Source of the DNA: Podarcis muralis | Lineage: Eukaryota | Assembly (NCBI RefSeq): GCF_964188315.1 | Contig: NC_135667.1 | Span: 13,454,001-13,518,000, forward strand | Direction: 5' to 3' | Length of the DNA stretch: 64,000 nucleotides | Shown here: positions 13,566 to 23,600 of the stretch, in pieces | How positions within the stretch are numbered: position 1 is the first letter of the stretch | Layout: each line of letters opens with the position of its first letter | Notes under the pieces: model-generated | What the model was told of the DNA's origin: nothing | The model's database searches: none | Seen by the model: the letters and a program-made list of their open reading frames with translations, nothing else | Program-made: the position numbers and the translations under genes

Positions 13566-13566
13566 T
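10636..13566 (-). CDS. LINE ORF, 976 aa: APE endonuclease plus reverse transcriptase
   Basis: APE motifs: CNARSI, CVTETW, VYRPP, LGDFNIH, HTLDL, SDH. RT motifs: YRPVSNLPFLGKVIE, QSGFR, LDLSAAFD, GVPQG, YADD, LNPSKTE. The C-terminus FRRACKTELFRQAF is L2-like. No stops in the frame. Confidence 0.93.
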   Translation of the reverse strand: MEGRGRYGGGGRCHRRRGSRYGYARTPSNLRPIPRDEGRVSKDYSPPSLVLCNARSIGSKTATLRDFFISQGVDLACVTETWVREGDTVTLREMAPPGFSVLHQSRTVGRGGGVALLIREDCSFRALPSPSIPGIECVGLVWGSEVSLAVWLVYRPPSAPAATLSGLLEAVAGWALEFPNLLVLGDFNIHADATPSSQALDLVSSMATLGLSQFVSGPTHQAGHTLDLIFGAGIDVIMCPSMKVPWSDHYALKARIDVPPPPCLGGEPIWARPQRLMDPDRFRQALRDLSPPGDSLTELVEGWNTHLLAAINEIAPKRPLRPRRNRAPWFTEELRKMKRDLRRLERVWRRARDGASRTSYRVFMKTYEMAVKAAKKSYFSASIASASSRPAQLFSIIRSLTSLEGQPNLNNNLTHSCEAFASFFAEKVLLLRHDLPANLDTIKELEAPRLPSGPVFDRISPADVDRLLRAGKPTTCPLDPCPSWLIRACPDEVRALLGDIINLSLGTGTFPGELKEAVVRPLLKKTSLDPLDLSNYRPVSNLPFLGKVIERAVAEQLGGFLDETSALDPFQSGFRAGHGTETALVALTDDLRRQLDRGGSGLLILLDLSAAFDMVDHELLDHRLADVGIQGTVLQWLRSFLSGRGQRVALGGELSSRHSLVCGVPQGAILSPTLFNIFMRPLTQLVRSFGLGCHQYADDTQLYLLMDGHPDSAPDTLIRCLEAVAGWLRGSRLKLNPSKTEVLWLGRDDTGMRGQLPSLAGVQLVPAPSVKSLGVIFDTSLSMEAQIAAITKAAFFHLRQAKQLAPYLSRPDLATVIHATVTSRLDYCNSLYVGLPLRLTQKLQRVQNAAARLLTGSSLRDHIHPVLYQLHWLPVEYRIRFKVLVLTFKALYGLGPSYLRDRLSWYAPQRNLRSSNKNTLKVPGHREVRLASTRARAFSAAAPTWWNALSQETRALQDLTSFRRACKTELFRQAFG

Positions 13567-14180
13567 GAATTACATGTGTTCTAACTATATGCAAAATGTA
13601 TATATGTATGTATCCCCAAAATGGAACACTCTCATAATTTGAGTGTGGACTTCATACATATCAATGAAACAGGTGAAGACACACTTCTTCCAGGATGCTT
13701 TGACTTTTGTAATTAAATTTTGTAATTAAATTAAATTATTTTTGATTAAAATAATCATTTTAAGTGTTTGAGTCACACAGTTACAGTTTTGTGTTATTTA
13801 TAAGATTATTTAGATTCAACATATCTTGCCTCTTTCCATACATAAGCTTTTAATTATTAATATTCCCTCTTGGTACTTCTGCCACCCTCAGAAACCTGGG
13901 GGATGATAGTCTAGGAAAGGGAATTATCTGTGGCAGTTCCCAAAATATGTCCCCTTCCCCACAGTGGGATGTCAAACAACCTCATTTATAGTTACTATTA
14001 ATTGATGAAAATGCACCGCTTTAACCTGGCCACTGTTAACAATTTTCGAGTCAAAACATTTCTATTGTTCGACGCACATTCCTTTGTTTTGTTTTTAAAT
14101 ATTTTATTGATTTTAATGACTTTTTATGTTTTGATTTAATAACATATATATGGACTATATATATGTTGCTCACTGTTTTG

Positions 14181-14484
14181 TTGGCCTTTGTTGGCGCTGG
14201 GCTCCCGCGGCTTGCGGAGAGTTGCCTGCATGCCGAAGGCTGGGAGCGCTGAGCTCAGCGTGCCCAGGCTGCGTGCAGCTCTCCGCAAGGCGCGGGAGCC
14301 CAGCGCCGGGCTCCCACGGCTTGCGGAGAGTTGCCTGTTCTGGGGGCTGGGGTTGGGGGAAGCTCGGGCTTCCCCCGCCCCAGCCCCGCGCCTGGGGGAA
14401 AAATAATTCCCCCCCCTTTATTTCCCCCCCAAAAAACTAGGTGCGCCTTACGGGACAGTGCGTCCTATAGGGCGAAAAATATGG
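14181..14484. mobile_element. One-ended GC-rich DNA-transposon remnant (shorter copy about 30850-31033)
   Basis: Ends GTGCGTCCTATAGGGCGAAAAATATGG|TA, a mariner/Tigger-like terminus. The other TIR was not found. Absent from the paralogous intron of F and H. Confidence 0.55.
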
Positions 14485-15078
14485 TAAATAAACCATACCA
14501 TACCATAATATGAGCCAAGGACTCAAGTTCTAAAAGTCCACTGCATTTGTAATACTTTCTAGTGTTCGCAATATTTCCTAAAACATTATATTTTAATATT
14601 TATGGACAGACTCGGCCCATTTCTATATGTAATGATCATTGCGGTTCAGGTTATAGTCGGACCAAGAAGGAAGGGAAGCCATTTTGTTGCTATGATTGCA
14701 TTCCATGTCCAGAAGGAAAGATTTCCAACCAGGAAGGTAAGAAAGGTTAAAAAATGCACACAGATTCACCCTTAAAATGAGCTGAGTAACAGCTGCAGAA
14801 TCAGAAAGTGTGGAACCACCCATTCGGGTCAGCGGTTATTCTATTGAATTCCATCAAAATACTGAAGTAGTTAACAAAGTGCACAAGTATTTGCATTATT
14901 CCACAGAAATGACATTGAGTCAGAAATGATAAAATGTGGGGGGGGGGAGCGGTGTGGCCTTGTCTTTGTGAGCCAACAGAGACTTTGGCGAGTCAAATAA
15001 AAAAGAGGGATATAAAGCAAAAAGACTGTGGAAGCCTTCCGACCACCTCTGACTCTCTTTAAGAGCGTGTAATTAATA

Positions 15079-15147
15079 TCTTCCTTCCTTCCTTCCTTCC
15101 TTCCTTCCTTCCTTCCTTCCTTCCTTCCTTCCTTTCTTTCTTTCTTC
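15079..15147 (+). repeat. (TTCC)n(TTTC)n microsatellite forming the exon-6 pyrimidine tract; (TTTC)n(TTGC)n at 47686-47750 and 63553-63610
   Basis: Read directly. Confidence 0.95.
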
Positions 15148-16412
15148 AGACATGGATGACTGTTTTCAATGTCCAGAAGATCAGTAAACAAACATTGGCC
15201 AGTCTAAATGTCTTCCAAAAGATAGAAGCTTCCTGTTTTACGATGAACCTCTGGGAATCAGTTTGGTCACTTTTGCTCTTTTATTGACTTTCATTACAGG
15301 TTTTGTGCTTAGGATCTTCATCAAGCACAAAGAGACTCCCATAGTCAAAGCCAACAATCGGACCCTCACCTATGTTCTCCTCATAGCCCTCATTCTCTCC
15401 TTCCTTTGTCCTTTGCTATTCATTGGCCAGCCCACAAAAATAACCTGCCTCCTTCGACAAACTGCTTTTGCAGTGATCTTCTCAGTAGCAGTGTCTTGCA
15501 TCTTAGCAAAAACAACTATAGTGGTTCTAGCTTTCATGGCTACCAAGCCAGGGTCCAGAATGAGGAGATGGGTGGGGAAACATCTGGCCATCTCCATTGT
15601 TCTTTTCAGTTTCCTCATTCAAGTGATGATGTGTAGTGCCTGGCTGATAGTTGCTCCCCCACTCCCTGATTTAGACAAGCACTCAATGACTAAAGAAATT
15701 CTACTGCAATGTAATGAAGGATCAGTCACCATGTTCTACTGTGTCCTAGGCTTCATGGGAATGCTGGCCATGGTCAGTTTCACCGTGGCTTTCCTTGCTA
15801 GGAAGTTACCAGACAGTTTTAATGAAGCCAAGTTCATCACCTTCAGCATGTTGGTCTTTTGCAGTGTGTGGCTGTCCTTTGTTCCTACCTACCTGAGTAC
15901 CAAGGGAAAGTACATGGCGGCTGTGGAGATCTTTTCTATTTTGGCCTCTAGTTTTGGATTACTGGGCTGCATCTTCTTCCCCAAATGTTATATCATTTTG
16001 CTGAGGCCAGAGTTAAACAGCAGGGGACAGCTTATCATAAGAAAGAATTAAAGCATGAACAAGTCTATTTGACAAAACTGTTCCCCAAATCCAATAGAGC
16101 AGCCCATATAGCTCTTCTCCCTGGACTTTCCCCTGACAAAGTATTCTGATACCAACAAGGAACACAGACAACTCTGTGGGCATGAACCATAGCAGAGCCA
16201 TCCTTCCAAGTTCATTCTTCTCTGAATTTGATGTTCTTTCCCCCTCATACTAAAATTTAAAAAGGAACACTTCTGTACAAATATTTTAAATTATGAATTA
16301 AAAGCTAAGGGTTGCATTTCAGAGTACTAAAGATATTGTTGTAAAATTCATCATATTTTATAAGTGATTTAAAAAACCATGGAAGCGTAGTTCCAAGTAA
16401 CTACTATGTGTA

Positions 16413-16667
16413 GAGTACCAAGGGAAAGTACATGGTGGCTGTGGAGATCTTTTCTATATGGCCTCTAGTTTTGAATTACTGGGCTGCATCTTCTTCCCCA
16501 AATGTTATATTGTTTTGGTGAGGCCCGAGTTAAACAGCAGGGGAAAGCTTATTATAAGAAAGAATTAAAGCATGAACAAGTCTATTTGACAAAACTGTTC
16601 CCCAAAGCCAACAGAGGAGCCCATATAGCTCTTCTCCCTGGATTTTCCCCTGACAAAGTACTCTGAT
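16413..16667 (+). pseudogene. Remnant of a V2R type-1 exon-6 3' end plus 3' UTR
   Basis: Diverged copy of 15895-16150 ([25 protein letters not shown]) with a 1-nt deletion. Confidence 0.85.
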
Positions 16668-17196
16668 TAAGGGAAGCAGTGGATCATGTATCCTAGACTC
16701 ATAGACCAGGGAGGGACCCTAATTCCAGGATGCTGACTACACATTTTGGAAACTACATTGGTTACAAGGTCTTCCATAATGAGCTTCTAACGTCTTCCTT
16801 CCCCAATACAATAGTGGTCCCTTATTATCAAGTGAAAGGGAAATTAAAATAACAGTTCTGAATATGGGACAAACACATTTTCTTCAACAATTCCAGAGGG
16901 AATTCTAAGCACTGAATGATTAATTACATTGCTTCTTGATCATTAACAGGGCTATAATTTGAGCGGCTGCTTCTCAAAAAACAATGGGGACTTACAGTGG
17001 CCACTGGTAAACCTAATGCAAAGTATATTAAATTAATCAGAATTAATCAGTCTTGTGATCCACAAGTCTGATTTTGGATACTCCGACATTGCATCGTCTC
17101 AGGAAAATAAACTACCATTTAAACAAGACAATTTTTATCTTGGAGAAGATAAAACAGAGTTTTTGCATAGAACAACCAGTTGCCTTTGTATTGAGA

Positions 17197-17648
17197 ATGG
17201 TGGTTTTAGTGTTCTTGCTGCTGGAACTGATTTCTTACAATGTATGTCAGGCTCACATAGCAAAATGCAAGCTCCAAAGTCCACACTGTCCACTTCACAT
17301 GTATCATCAGCCAGGAGAGTTCCTCATTGGTGGCATTGTTTCCCATGGTGGCTTCATCTCCTCTCCAGCAACATTCACTGAGGAACCCCCACCAGCGCTG
17401 CCTGAAGAGCTTGTGTAAGAACTAAGCCACTCATTTATTTCAGTACAGGAATGATCAAACCAAGAGTTTCAGCCTCAGAATATTGACTGAGGCTGCAAAC
17501 TTCTACCTATATACCTAGGAATAACCACTTTTCATTTCAGTGGGGCATAAGCTGATGTAAAATCCATAAGAATCTCGTGTGAATTAAAAGAATACTGTAG
17601 AAGCTCCCATTTCTCAATAGGGAAATGAATATACCGGTAAATGTATTG

Positions 17649-17688
<40 letters not shown>

Positions 17689-20600
17689 TAGCCCTTTTGA
17701 ACAGCTGATTTTGATAGACTTTATCTGAACAGGAGTGTTACTGAGAATGCATTAAAAAAACTTGTTCTGAACCTAAATGCTCATATGGTTTCATTTCCTG
17801 GTCTTAGGCTAAAATTTGTTTCACAATGATGGCATATAATATGAAGTATAGAATTCTGTGAATTACAACCACCATCTCTGCCTCATGAGTAAGGAAGGGG
17901 TCATTACAGGAGAGAGCTCAGAAACTTTTTAAACGTTAGGGAAAGACTTCAGATGTTTCAGGGAAAGACCCCAGGGGTTCCAATGTTCCTATGGGCACCA
18001 CATTAGCAACCCCTGGTCTAGATACCATTGGCCTTAATAGAATGGAGAACTTGGACAAAAAAACAAATTGCATTTCTATAGGAACAAATGTCAGGTTCTG
18101 CACTTAGGCAGGAAATACCAGCTGTACAAATATAAGATGGAGAACACCTGGATTGCCAGTGCTATGTCTGAAAAGGATCAAGGAGTCAACAGAAGTATAG
18201 TGCCAGAATCAAAAGAAGTAATAGAACAGCTCTATTCTGCCATGCTCAAACCACACCTGGAGTACTGTGTTCAGTTATGTTCAGGATATTGACAAGCTGC
18301 AACATATGCGGAGGAGGGTGACACGTATTATCAAGGGTCTGGAAGCCAAACCTTATGAGGGAACATTGAGGGGGTTGGGTATGTTTAGCTATGAAAATAG
18401 AAGACTGAGGTGATGTAGGATAGCCATTTTCAAATATATCAACGGCTGTCACCAGGAAATCGGAGCAAGCTTGTTTTCTCTTGCTCCAGAGGGTAGGACC
18501 AGAACCAATAGATTCAAGTTGCAAGATAGGAGATTCTGTGTAAACATCAGGAAGAACTTGCTGATTATAAAAATTGTTCAGCAATAGAATGGACTGGGAG
18601 TTAACTCTACTGAAGTCGATATGATTAACTACTGTGTTGATATGTAAAAGGATATATCAGTTCCTTCTGATATTGTTTGCAACTCTTCTTCTAGGGTGGT
18701 GCCTAAGGGTTACCAGCACATCTTGACCTTGGCATTTGCTGTAAAGGAGATCAATGAAGACCCTCACATCCTACCCAATATCACCTTGGGCTTTCACTTA
18801 TATGACAGCTATAACAATGCAAGAAACACATATTTTGCGACACTGCTGCTTTTATCCAGGGTGGAGAAATTTGTTCCTAACTATATATGTGATGTTGAAA
18901 ATAATCTGGCTGGGGTCATAGGAGGACTTGATTCTGAAATCTCCTTTTATATGGCAACTGTTTTGGATATCTATAAGATTGCGCAGGTAGGGCACCCATG
19001 TACAATATCTCTCTTAGCTTGCATAGAGAAAGAGGCTGAATTCACAACACTAGCTCAGGGTGTATCACCAGCTCAGGGCAAGGGTGAAATTGTAAGCAGA
19101 ACCATATGCACGACCTTCAGATCCTTGGGAAATAAAGGTGGTACAGAATTAATATAACATAAAATAACCTAAATGAGGGGAAAGAAATTCTGCAGTAGCA
19201 GAAAAAAATATGTCGCCCCCTCAATCTCTTACACACATCTCAAGGAAATCCCAAAGGCCAATGATAGGAGACTGGGTTTCTTCATCACCAGCCATGACAC
19301 CATACCCAATATGTGAATGTTTAGGGGGAAAGACTTTCAAATTAAAAACACTCTGAAGGTATGACAAATTGCAGATATAATCCACTTATGCAGGAGAACA
19401 GTGACAGTACTGAGAAACTGGTCCCAAAGTGAAATAATTGTTCATAAATAATGTCTGAGATGTTTTGAAATAGAAGAGGCAGAAATGGTAGTTCTGCTGT
19501 GTGTTGGGGTATGAGCATTGTGAAGATGAAAGAACCTAGAGAGAAGAAATGTGCATTCAACCCAAGTTGCGATTCTGACATGGCTACAGTAAATAATGTC
19601 CAATGCAGGGGTAGGCAATCCTCTGTTTGGGGTCCCTATACTCAGTTTTGTCCATCATAGAAGACGCTGCCAAATTCTGCAGGGTATAAAAATAAAAATA
19701 AAATTGGAACATTGCCCCTCTCTGGTCAACAGAACAAATGCTTAACAAACTGGAATGGGAGATGACCCCAATTTTCAGGCCATCTGCATGTGTGTCTTTA
19801 GTATAAATGAGAAAGGAATGCAACACCTGGTGGGTGGCAAAGGGCATATCTGACTAGCAGGATTCATCACATAATGTATATGAATAGTTTGAAAGAACTC
19901 TGCAAATATTACTTTGCCTCTTCTCTTCCTCCATTGCCTCTTTAGCTCATTTATGGCTCTGCTCCAGTGATGAATGATAAAAGCCCAGGGCTTCCCTTCT
20001 ACCAGATGGCAGCCTCGGAAGCCCTTCAGTATGAGGGAATTCTCTCTTTGCTTCTGCATTTCAGGTGGACATGGATTGGAGTCATTGCAACGGACAATGA
20101 CAATGGAGAAAGATTTGTGCAAACCATTTCCCCAATGTTTACCAAGAGTGGTGTCTGCTTTGAATTCATAGAAAGAATCCCCACTTTTAGTTTTATTTCT
20201 GAAATTCCAGGCATGCTAACACAGGGGGCAACAATAAACGAGAAAATCTTTAGCAGCAAAGCTAACGTAGTGGTTGCCTCTGGAGAATCTTACTCCATGG
20301 CAACTTTGAGAGTGTTTTCATACTTTTCAGAACATGATGACAAGACAAAGAATGTAGAAAGTAAAGTATGGATAATATCAGCCCAGGTTGAGTTTGCTTC
20401 ATTTGTCTTTCAAAGGAACTGGGATGCAGGAATATTCAGTGGTGCTATAGCCTTTGAAATTCACATTAGAAACCCACCAGGATTTCATCAGTATGTTCTG
20501 CACAGAAACCCTTCCAGCACAGATGGGGACGGTTTTATCAGGGACTTCTGGCAACAGGCCTTTGAATGTGTATTCCCAGATAACACTACAGACAAGGTGG

Positions 20601-23600
20601 AGGGGAATATTTGCACCGGAGAAGAGAAGCTGGAGAGCCTTCCTGGTTCACTTTTTGAAATGAGCACGACAGGCCACAGTTTCAGCATCCACAGTGCTGT
20701 CTACGCCATGGCCCATGCTTTACATGCCATGTCCACATCCAGACTCAGACATAGAAGAATGGCATACAAAAAGAAAGGGAAGAATCTGAATCAACAGTTT
20801 TGGCAGGTAAAGGCTGAACATCCTCAACTGCGAAAGCCCTGTTACTTCCTGACACTCTATGGGTTCCCAAAATCCTATCAGCTTGCTCTTTCCTCTCAGA
20901 GTTCAAACATTTGCGCAAGTGTATTAGGAAGAAAACCCAGAACTGAATTTAGAATTCTGCTGACAGAGTAGGAGGTGGCACGGATATGGTGGTATCCTAG
21001 ATAATTCCCCACATATTGTGCTGCTGGCAAATAGCAGCAGACCCTATACAAAAGGGACATGGTGGTTGTGTCTTTCTGTGAGTAGGTACCGCCCTGTGTT
21101 TCAGGATAAAGTATTTGTATGATGGAAGCTTTGCAGCCAAATGAGATTCATATATAGCAGGCACGTCCAACAGGTAGATCATGACCTACCAGTAGCTCAC
21201 TGGCCGTCTGTTGAAGATCACAGGTAGATCAGTGGCTCCCCTCCAATGAAGCTCAACAACTTTGGCTTCCCTAACAAAAGCTCAACATTTTTGGCCTGAT
21301 CTGCCAAAAATGGTCCTTCCTCCCCCTCTAGAAATGCTCAACAACTTTGACCTGAACCCCCAAAAGGGGGTAGATCACTGCCAGTTTTTAATTCTGTGAG
21401 TAGATTGCAGTCTCATGGGAGTTGGCCACCCCTGATATATAGGAAGCAGTGGTAATGGTTGGGAGAGATGTTCAGCATTCCCTCTATCCCGTATCAACCA
21501 AATCCTCACTTAGAACAGGTGGTTGCGCACCACTGCCATGTCTTCTGAGATTTTTCTGGGAGACCAGGGAGGGGGACAAACTTCTCTACTCATACATATT
21601 TAACTTGTGGGCATTCAGAGGGAGAAGGGTTGTAAGAAAGATTGAGAGAGATGCATGTATATGAAAGAAAATGGGTTGGCTCTCTCCATGCTTAGACCTG
21701 AATCCACTGACAATTGACTAAATCACCCCCACTATTTTTTGTAGGCTATTCTCATAGGGAAGCTTCACCATGCATTAGACTGCAGTCTTTTCCAAACCCC
21801 TGTCTTTTCTGTTTTCAATCTAGCTCCATCACTTTCTGAGAAGCATCTCATTTAACAATACAGCTGGAGATGTGGTCTTCATCAACCAGAATGGGGAGGC
21901 AGCATCTAGCTTGGATATTAACAACTGGATCATATTCACCAACCAAAGTTTTCACAGAGTGAGAGTTGGGAGGATAGATCCTCAGGCTCCACCAGACCAA
22001 TCATTCATCCTTGATGCAGATGCCATAACATGGCACAGTTGGTTTAACCAGGTAGGGTTGCATTTTTTGCTAATTCAAAAGAGATTCAGTATTGAATAAA
22101 GACTCTCCTCCCTGGAAGAGAGGGGAGTGGTTGTGGGCGGAAGCCCGAGCACCTCCCCTAGCAGGGGGCGTTTGCCCCCTGCCTCCTCCTCTCACCTGGC
22201 TGGTGCCCACGCCCCTCGGCAGGCACCCAACCAGGTGCCTCCAAGGGGGCGTGTACAGCAGCCTTTTGCTGCGGCACCAGCCTCTCCTCGGCCTCATTCT
22301 TCTCCGCTGTCCCGTCGCGAGTCATCAGCTAGGAGTCATCACAGTCATCACAGGGAAGAGCCACGAGGTTTGGAGTCGGGGGGGTCTGTGTGTGTGGAGG
22401 CTGCCTGGTTCCTGGCTTGCCTTTTAACTTTAGGAGGCTTGCGAGCGCTCATTGCTTTATTGCTTTTAAAAACCCAGGCATCCAGGTTTGCCTTGCTGTG
22501 TCTTTTCCGTGTAAAAACCTACATTTAACCTTCTATTTCCCCCCACTCCTGGTGCTTGATTTGTTTGTGTGGTCTGAGTGTGAATTGCCTTTCTTAAGCT
22601 GCAGCTTGTTCCCTTGCCCAGCACGTGCCCCCTGCAAGGTCTGAGTGACCCACCCTCCACTCCCTTTGAGCTCAGGGTCTTAGTCATTGGCCTTGCTATG
22701 GACCTTAGGTTGGTCGCCCTGGTTGTCCAGGGGGCCTGGTAGGAATTTTTCCATTTGGCATTAGGCTTTTTGGTTTTTTCGCCTACCTCGTAGCAATCGT
22801 CACAACTTTTGTGGTATTGGTGGGTAGGTTAGGCATTGGAATAATGTGTTGTGGTGTGTCGAAGGGCTAGGTGTGGCCATCGCCTATGCCTTCAATTTTT
22901 GGGTATTCCGTTAAAGGAATCTGGCGGTCGTGTACTCTGTCCGATGCCTGCTTGGCGGGGGGAGATGGCACGACCCTCGGTGACATCAGGGGTGAGCCTA
23001 TAGTTGGATTAGCATCAACAGGCTCCACCTACTGGTGAATAAACCCACTTGTTTTAGACATCCAATGCCTAAGCCAATACCTTTTCACTGCTGTAATCAA
23101 TAAAGTTGTGGCCTTTTCTTGCCCATTAACCTTATATCACGTGTCCTTGCGTATTCATTTCACACTGCGGGGGTCGGGTCCTCGAACCACAAGCAATCAT
23201 TATCCACCGGCAGGTCTTCTCACTGCCTTTAGAGCTGCAAGTTACTGAGCTGTGTATGATCAAAGCATCCAGCTACCAGATTAAGAGCCAAAAGATTACT
23301 GCTAGAAGCCACGCAAGGAATGAAGGCAAATATTTTATTAAGGAGGTTACAAAACTATATTTTAACTATGAAATGAAGTTAAGCAAGGCTAAGAGTATAA
23401 ATATGGCTTCGGGGAATCCTACTTCAGACGAAAATAGCAAAAGTTCAGTTGTCTCAGCCTAATTCCAACCATTAACAGTCCCCACTGCAAGCTGCATCCA
23501 TGCAAATGTGATTTTGCATCACACAATCATTCATTTGAATGTCGGTCATTCAGCCAATTAGAGCCTCTGGTTACATTTCTCCACCACAAGAGGGTATGCA

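Larger units (their letters stand above)
5393..16051 (+). pseudogene. V2R pseudogene B (type-1): exons 5393-5613, 6052-6339, 7445-8720 (CR1-interrupted), 10025-10252, 14610-14736, 15150-16051
   Basis: Signal-peptide exon 1 (MVVFRLLVLLLL). Lesions relative to paralogues: 4-nt deletion in exon 2 (288 vs 292 bp), CR1 insertion in exon 3, net 10-nt deletion near 8184, 1-nt deletion near 8625, and TAA at 15185-15187 in exon 6 (paralogues read DQYPNIG). Confidence 0.92.

Noticed and set aside
17074-17196. N-terminal extensions of exon-1 ORFs (also 33396 and 49741)
   Set aside because: They start at TTG, not ATG. The signal peptide begins at MVVLV.
20807-20971. ORF-track tails running past exon ends (exons 2-5 of all units)
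   Set aside because: V2R homology stops at canonical GT donors, so the tails are intron read-through.
21100-21435. Possible hAT-type MITE ending GTTGGCCACCCCTG (and a similar end near 18015)
   Set aside because: Only one terminus is recognisable and there is no TSD, so it was not listed as a feature.
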